Shown: one piece after another, positions 60,560 to 64,000 of the stretch
Position numbering within the stretch: position 1 is the stretch's first letter
Layout: every line of letters begins with the position of its first letter
Notes under the pieces: model-generated
The model's input: only the letters and a program-made list of their open reading frames with translations
Told to the model about the DNA's origin: nothing
The model's database searches: none
Position numbers and translations under genes: made by a program
Source of the DNA: a virus
Lineage: Duplodnaviria; Caudoviricetes
Virus record (IMG/VR): IMGVR_UViG_3300036798_000504
Coordinates: 1,325 to 65,324 of that record
Strand: one strand, 5' to 3'
DNA: 64,000 nt

Positions 60560-60790
60560 GTGAACAAGGAACGGCGCAAGACCCTGGAAGAGGCCTACCG
60601 GCTGATCGACCAGGGCCGCGACATGGTCGACGGCGTGGCGCAGGAAGAGCGCGAGGTCTTCGACAACATGCCCGAGAGCTTCCAGAACGGCGAGCGCGGC
60701 CAGCGCGTCAGCGAGAACGCCGACAACCTGGAAGAGGTGGTGAGCACCATCCAGGAGATGCTCGACAAGATCGACGAGGCCACCCAGTGA
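60560..60790 (+). CDS. Conserved small acidic helical protein
   Basis: GTG start after GGAGA; MNKERRK...EEREVFDNMPESFQNGERG motif recalled from many phages. Confidence 0.75.
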   Translation: MNKERRKTLEEAYRLIDQGRDMVDGVAQEEREVFDNMPESFQNGERGQRVSENADNLEEVVSTIQEMLDKIDEATQ

Positions 60791-61131
60791 TCTGGCTGCT
60801 GATGCACCCCCAGGCCGAGCCCGAGCACCTCGGGTTCGTGCCGCAGTTCTTCGACGACCAGGACCCGCGCCCGGCCGCCGAGCAACTGGCCGAGCGCTAC
60901 GCGCACGGCGGCGGCTGGCACTCGTTCGGCAAGGGTCTGTTCCGGGTGCGTGAGCATGACGGCGCCCTGATCTTCCCCGGCAGCCCCGAGGACGGCGAGC
61001 CGGACGAGGTCTACCCGCTGATCGCCATCGCCGCCCTGCCGCTCAGCGGCGAGCGGCTGCGCTTCTACACCTCGGCGCTGCTGGCGGTGGTGAAGGACGA
61101 CGACAGCTTCGAAGTCACCCGGGTCGACTGA
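60787..61131 (+). CDS. Conserved hypothetical protein
   Basis: DPRPAAEQ...YAHGGGW...SFEVTRVD motif; GTGA coupled. Confidence 0.75.
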   Translation: MIWLLMHPQAEPEHLGFVPQFFDDQDPRPAAEQLAERYAHGGGWHSFGKGLFRVREHDGALIFPGSPEDGEPDEVYPLIAIAALPLSGERLRFYTSALLAVVKDDDSFEVTRVD

Positions 61132-61319
61132 TGCCGATCCGCGTCAACCCCCGCGCCCTGGAGGTCGCTGTCGCGGCCAACAGGGCGCTCAATCCCGACA
61201 ACCGCCCGTGGGACAGGCTGAGCGCCGAGGAGCGCAAGGCGTACCTGCAGGCCGGGGCCGAGTTCCTGCGCGCCTACGACGACGCCAAACAAGTCGACCT
61301 GAAGAAGAGGAGGGCCTGA
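61131..61319 (+). CDS. Hypothetical protein
   Basis: TGATG coupled. Confidence 0.7.
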   Translation: MPIRVNPRALEVAVAANRALNPDNRPWDRLSAEERKAYLQAGAEFLRAYDDAKQVDLKKRRA

Positions 61320-61588
61320 TGGCCAAGAAGAGGGACCACGTCGAACGCTTCGCCACCCGCGACGGCGTCATGGTGAGCTACAGCGTCTGGACCGACGGTC
61401 AGGGTGCGGAGCTTCTGTTCGAAGCCCCGATGCAGCCGGCGCGCAGCCTGTCGCTGTCGGTCAGCGATATGGGAGCGTTCGCCGACATGCATGAAGGCAT
61501 GAAGAAAGCGGTGCTGCGCCAGTTCATCGCCGCCGAGCGCGTCGCCCTGGAGCGCCTGCTGCGGGCCGAGATCGCGGAGGGCGAGTAG
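61319..61588 (+). CDS. Hypothetical protein
   Basis: SD GAGGAGGG, ATG 61319. Confidence 0.7.
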   Translation: MAKKRDHVERFATRDGVMVSYSVWTDGQGAELLFEAPMQPARSLSLSVSDMGAFADMHEGMKKAVLRQFIAAERVALERLLRAEIAEGE

Positions 61589-61857
61589 TGGTCGACGCGC
61601 ACCCCACCTACGGCCATCCCATCGCCGGCCGCGTGCTGTTGATCGGCGACGCCGTGTTCCGGCCCTACCGGGCCGGTTTCCTGCTCAACGTGCGGTGCTC
61701 GGACGACCATCGCATCACCATCATCAGCCACGGCGCCGGCTACATCGCCTTCGTCGACGGCTCGGTGGTCGTCAACAAGGCTGGCGAGCGTTTCCGGTTC
61801 GGGTCGGTGGATGCCGCCGGCAGGATGGCGGTGAAGCTCGCGAAGGCGAAGCGCTGA
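61588..61857 (+). CDS. Hypothetical protein
   Basis: TAGTG overlap. Confidence 0.65.
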   Translation: MVDAHPTYGHPIAGRVLLIGDAVFRPYRAGFLLNVRCSDDHRITIISHGAGYIAFVDGSVVVNKAGERFRFGSVDAAGRMAVKLAKAKR

Positions 61858-62078
61858 TGGCGTACATCTATAACGTGTACCGCTGGAAGACCCGCCGCCG
61901 TTCGCTGAGCCGGGCGGTGCGGGTCTGGCAGGGCTTGGCCAACCACGGCCCGGGCGCCATCGCCGCGGCGCACGCCGCCCGGCCGACCTTGAAGGGCTGG
62001 GCGCTGTTCGCCCGCTGCGCGCACAAGGACCCCTACGCCAACGACCCCCTAACCCTGATCGAGGAGGATCAGTCTTGA
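61857..62078 (+). CDS. Hypothetical basic protein
   Basis: TGATG coupled. Confidence 0.65.
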   Translation: MAYIYNVYRWKTRRRSLSRAVRVWQGLANHGPGAIAAAHAARPTLKGWALFARCAHKDPYANDPLTLIEEDQS

Positions 62079-62398
62079 ACGACCGTATACTGACGAACGA
62101 CGAGGAGATGGCCGAGGCGGCTTCCATCACCGAAGCCATCGACGCCCTGACCGACGCCATGATCGACGCCGGGCAGCAGATCGAAGAGCGCGACGGCGGC
62201 CCGATGACCAGCCTGCTGATCGCCGAGGGCGTGCTGGCGCGCATCATCGCCGCCTTCGCCAAGGCCTACGGCGGCGGCCAGCAGGAGGGTCTCGACGACC
62301 TGCTGGCGATCAGCGCCCGGCACGTGCGCGAGATGAGCCAGAGCTACTGGGACCGCCTGCCCGAGGAGCCCGAGACCGATGCTGCGCAAGACGCCTGA
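62075..62398 (+). CDS. Hypothetical acidic helical protein
   Basis: TTG start with SD GAGGAGG. Confidence 0.7.
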   Translation: MNDRILTNDEEMAEAASITEAIDALTDAMIDAGQQIEERDGGPMTSLLIAEGVLARIIAAFAKAYGGGQQEGLDDLLAISARHVREMSQSYWDRLPEEPETDAAQDA

Positions 62399-62561
62399 GA
62401 CCGACGACGCGCGCTTCGTCACCTGCCCTGGCTGCGACGGCGAGGGCGGATGGGAAGGCTGGGCGCCGCCGACCTTCGACGACCCCTACGCCTCGCGCTG
62501 GGAGGAGTGCGCCGACTGCGGCGGCTCGGGCTGGGTCGAGGACTGCGACACTCTGCCATAA
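62379..62561 (+). CDS. Small zinc-finger protein (DnaJ-like CxxCxGxG repeats)
   Basis: CPGCDGEGG...CADCGGSG. Confidence 0.7.
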   Translation: MLRKTPETDDARFVTCPGCDGEGGWEGWAPPTFDDPYASRWEECADCGGSGWVEDCDTLP

Positions 62562-62563
62562 CC

Positions 62564-62598
62564 AGGGGCTTGACGCCCCTCATGGTAGCCGCTAGATA
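62564..62598 (+). promoter_or_regulatory. Early promoter/operator, copy 3
   Basis: AGGGGC-TTGAC-GCCCCT; TTGACG-17-TAGATA. Confidence 0.8.
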
Positions 62599-62631
62599 GA
62601 GCGGACCAACCCACCCCCGGAGCACACGCCA

Positions 62632-63204
62632 GTGTCCTACATCCTTCCCCAACTCGGCGACGCCGCCCCCCACCAGCAGACCTACGAGGTCCGCTTCGAC
62701 GGCCGCGTCTACGACGTCTGGTTCCACCGCGGCCGCGCCGCCTCGGTCACCGTCAAGGTGCTGAAGATGCCGGGCCAACGCGGCCCCGAGCGCATGACCA
62801 TCTGGCCGAAGGCCACCCGCGACCGTCACGGCTTCGCCACCCACGACGGCAAGCCGGCGACCGGCCGCGCCGCCGAGGTGATCCGCTTCACGCTGAACCC
62901 GGCCGCGGCCGAGCGGGCCGGCGCCGAGGTCCGCGATCCGGCGATGATCACCGCCGCCATCGTGGCGGACAACGCGGCCTACCGCGCCCGCGTCGACGCG
63001 CTCCGCGCGCGACAACAGGAGCAAGACGCCGCCCGCGAGGCGCGCGCCCGGGAGAAGGACCGCCGCGACGCGGCCTTCCCGGCCCTGCTGGCCGCCCTGG
63101 AGGCCGTCCTGGCCGAGGCCGGGCCGAACCCGGACGAGACGCTGTCCCAGGCGCTGCAGGCCCAGATCAAGGCCGCCATCGCCCTGGCCGGGGAGGAGGC
63201 ATGA
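62632..63204 (+). CDS. Hypothetical protein
   Basis: GTG start after GGAG; G/C-ending codons. Confidence 0.75.
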   Translation: MSYILPQLGDAAPHQQTYEVRFDGRVYDVWFHRGRAASVTVKVLKMPGQRGPERMTIWPKATRDRHGFATHDGKPATGRAAEVIRFTLNPAAAERAGAEVRDPAMITAAIVADNAAYRARVDALRARQQEQDAAREARAREKDRRDAAFPALLAALEAVLAEAGPNPDETLSQALQAQIKAAIALAGEEA

Positions 63205-63398
63205 TGCGCGTGCCCGGCCACAAGCTGACGCTGGTCTGGTCGGGCGAGCGCGGCGTCGAGAGTAGCTCGACCGCGCACTGCGCCTGCGGCTGGAGCGAGA
63301 GCGCCAGCAGCCAGTTCATCTGCCGCTTCGAATACCGCAACCACCTGCGACAGGTCGCGCCGGCCAGGGGCTTGACGCCCCTAGTCGATGACGACTAG
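63201..63398 (+). CDS. Small Cys/His protein
   Basis: HCACGW...H motif; ATGA coupled. Confidence 0.65.
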   Translation: MMRVPGHKLTLVWSGERGVESSSTAHCACGWSESASSQFICRFEYRNHLRQVAPARGLTPLVDDD

Positions 63399-63401
63399 AA
63401 G
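63366..63401 (+). promoter_or_regulatory. Early promoter/operator, copy 4, with an extra palindrome
   Basis: AGGGGC-TTGAC-GCCCCT; TTGACG-18-TAGAAG; CTAGTCG-ATGA-CGACTAG at 63381-63398. Confidence 0.75.
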
Positions 63402-63424
63402 AGCAGACCAACCCGGAGGCCCCG

Positions 63425-63625
63425 ATGCCTGCCCTCACCCCCGCCCAGTTCAGGACCGCGCTCGACCGGCTCGGCATCAGCCAAGCCGGCTGCGCGAGGG
63501 TCCTGGACATCAACCGCCGCACGGTCACCCGCTACCTGTCGGGCGACCTGGAGGTGCCACCGCTGGTCGCCTGGGCCCTGAAGGGGCTGCAGTCGGAGAC
63601 CCGCCGCATCCGAGAGGACGCATGA
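63425..63625 (+). CDS. Small XRE-type HTH protein
   Basis: LGISQAGCARVLDINRRTVTRYLSGD...VP. Confidence 0.85.
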   Translation: MPALTPAQFRTALDRLGISQAGCARVLDINRRTVTRYLSGDLEVPPLVAWALKGLQSETRRIREDA

Positions 63626-63867
63626 AGCGCTCGCTCAGCGAGGCCTACGCCGCCGCCCAGGCGGTGTTCCAGGCGGCGGGGTTCACCTGCCGCCTGCAGC
63701 ACCCCAAGGGCAAGGGCCACACCCTGTGCATCGCCGAGCGTGATGGGCACACCATCCGCCTGTCGCTCTCGGGGACGCCGGCCTCGGGCAGCCAGCAGGC
63801 CGCCAAGCTGGCCGCCATCAACGCCAGAAAACGACTGCGGCAGCACGCCGCCTTCCCCACCCCCTGA
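63622..63867 (+). CDS. HicA-like small basic protein (putative)
   Basis: Helix, then GFTCRL-KGKGH-TLCI...IRLSLSGTP...NARKRLR, resembling the HicA dsRBD-like layout. Confidence 0.5.
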   Translation: MKRSLSEAYAAAQAVFQAAGFTCRLQHPKGKGHTLCIAERDGHTIRLSLSGTPASGSQQAAKLAAINARKRLRQHAAFPTP

Positions 63868-63884
63868 CAGAGAAGGACCCCGAC

Positions 63885-64000
63885 GTGGCCCTGCCCACCA
63901 TGCGCCCGTTCGTCATCGTCAGCAGCGGCGGCAGCCGCTTCAAGGTGATCTACGCCACCAGGGCGCGCGCCAAGGTGGTCGCCGTCGAGCAGCAGATCGT
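63885..64000 (+). CDS. 5' part of a hypothetical protein (partial)
   Basis: SD AGAAGGA, GTG 63885, open to the window end. Confidence 0.6.
   Translation, partial: MALPTMRPFVIVSSGGSRFKVIYATRARAKVVAVEQQI

Noticed and set aside
1-64000. Genome-wide stop-codon reassignment
   Set aside because: TGA and TAG repeatedly serve as stops overlapping out-of-frame starts (ATGA, TGATG, TAGTG), and core genes are intact in code 11. Only one internal TGA (8874) was seen.
1-64000. CRISPR array, DGR/retron reverse transcriptase, integrase/att sites, IS elements, tape measure
   Set aside because: No spaced direct-repeat array, no RT, transposase or tyrosine/serine recombinase motifs, and no long helical tape-measure gene were seen.

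Overview
The window is most of a GC-rich (about 70% by eye) podovirus-type dsDNA phage genome, probably from an Alphaproteobacterial host (inferred from promoter style and gene content). Gene order: a minus-strand Prim-Pol/AAA helicase; a putative replication origin (9-bp iterons around a C7-TATAA-G10 hairpin); terS; about 15 small accessory genes including an Acb2/Tad1-like protein, an atypical tRNA-Gln(UUG) and a gene interrupted by an in-frame TGA; terL; portal; GroES; scaffold; capsid genes; adaptor and nozzle; two large receptor-binding proteins; three large internal (ejection) proteins; and two further tail genes. A minus-strand block follows, with a secreted amyloid-like two-gene operon, a 460-bp hairpin-rich intergenic region, a Pro/His repeat protein and RecE/RecT-like recombination genes. 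Last is a plus-strand early region (Cro-like HTH, VRR-NUC nuclease, DnaA domain IV protein, HTH plus HicA-like pair) driven by repeated promoters whose -35 box sits inside a palindrome. I could not recognise an integrase, replicative family A/B DNA polymerase, endolysin, tape measure, CRISPR array or reverse transcriptase. Most interesting leads: (1) a tandem di-glycine motif at the domain boundaries of several virion proteins, suggesting polyprotein processing; (2) the secreted charge-free, N/Q/S/T-rich operon; (3) apparent total avoidance of SAGCTS, RGATCY and CTCGAG, which forces CAA codons read by the lone tRNA; (4) an antisense hydrophobic 24-aa peptide overlapping the terL start. Family assignments come from remembered motifs and by-eye scans; no searches were run.
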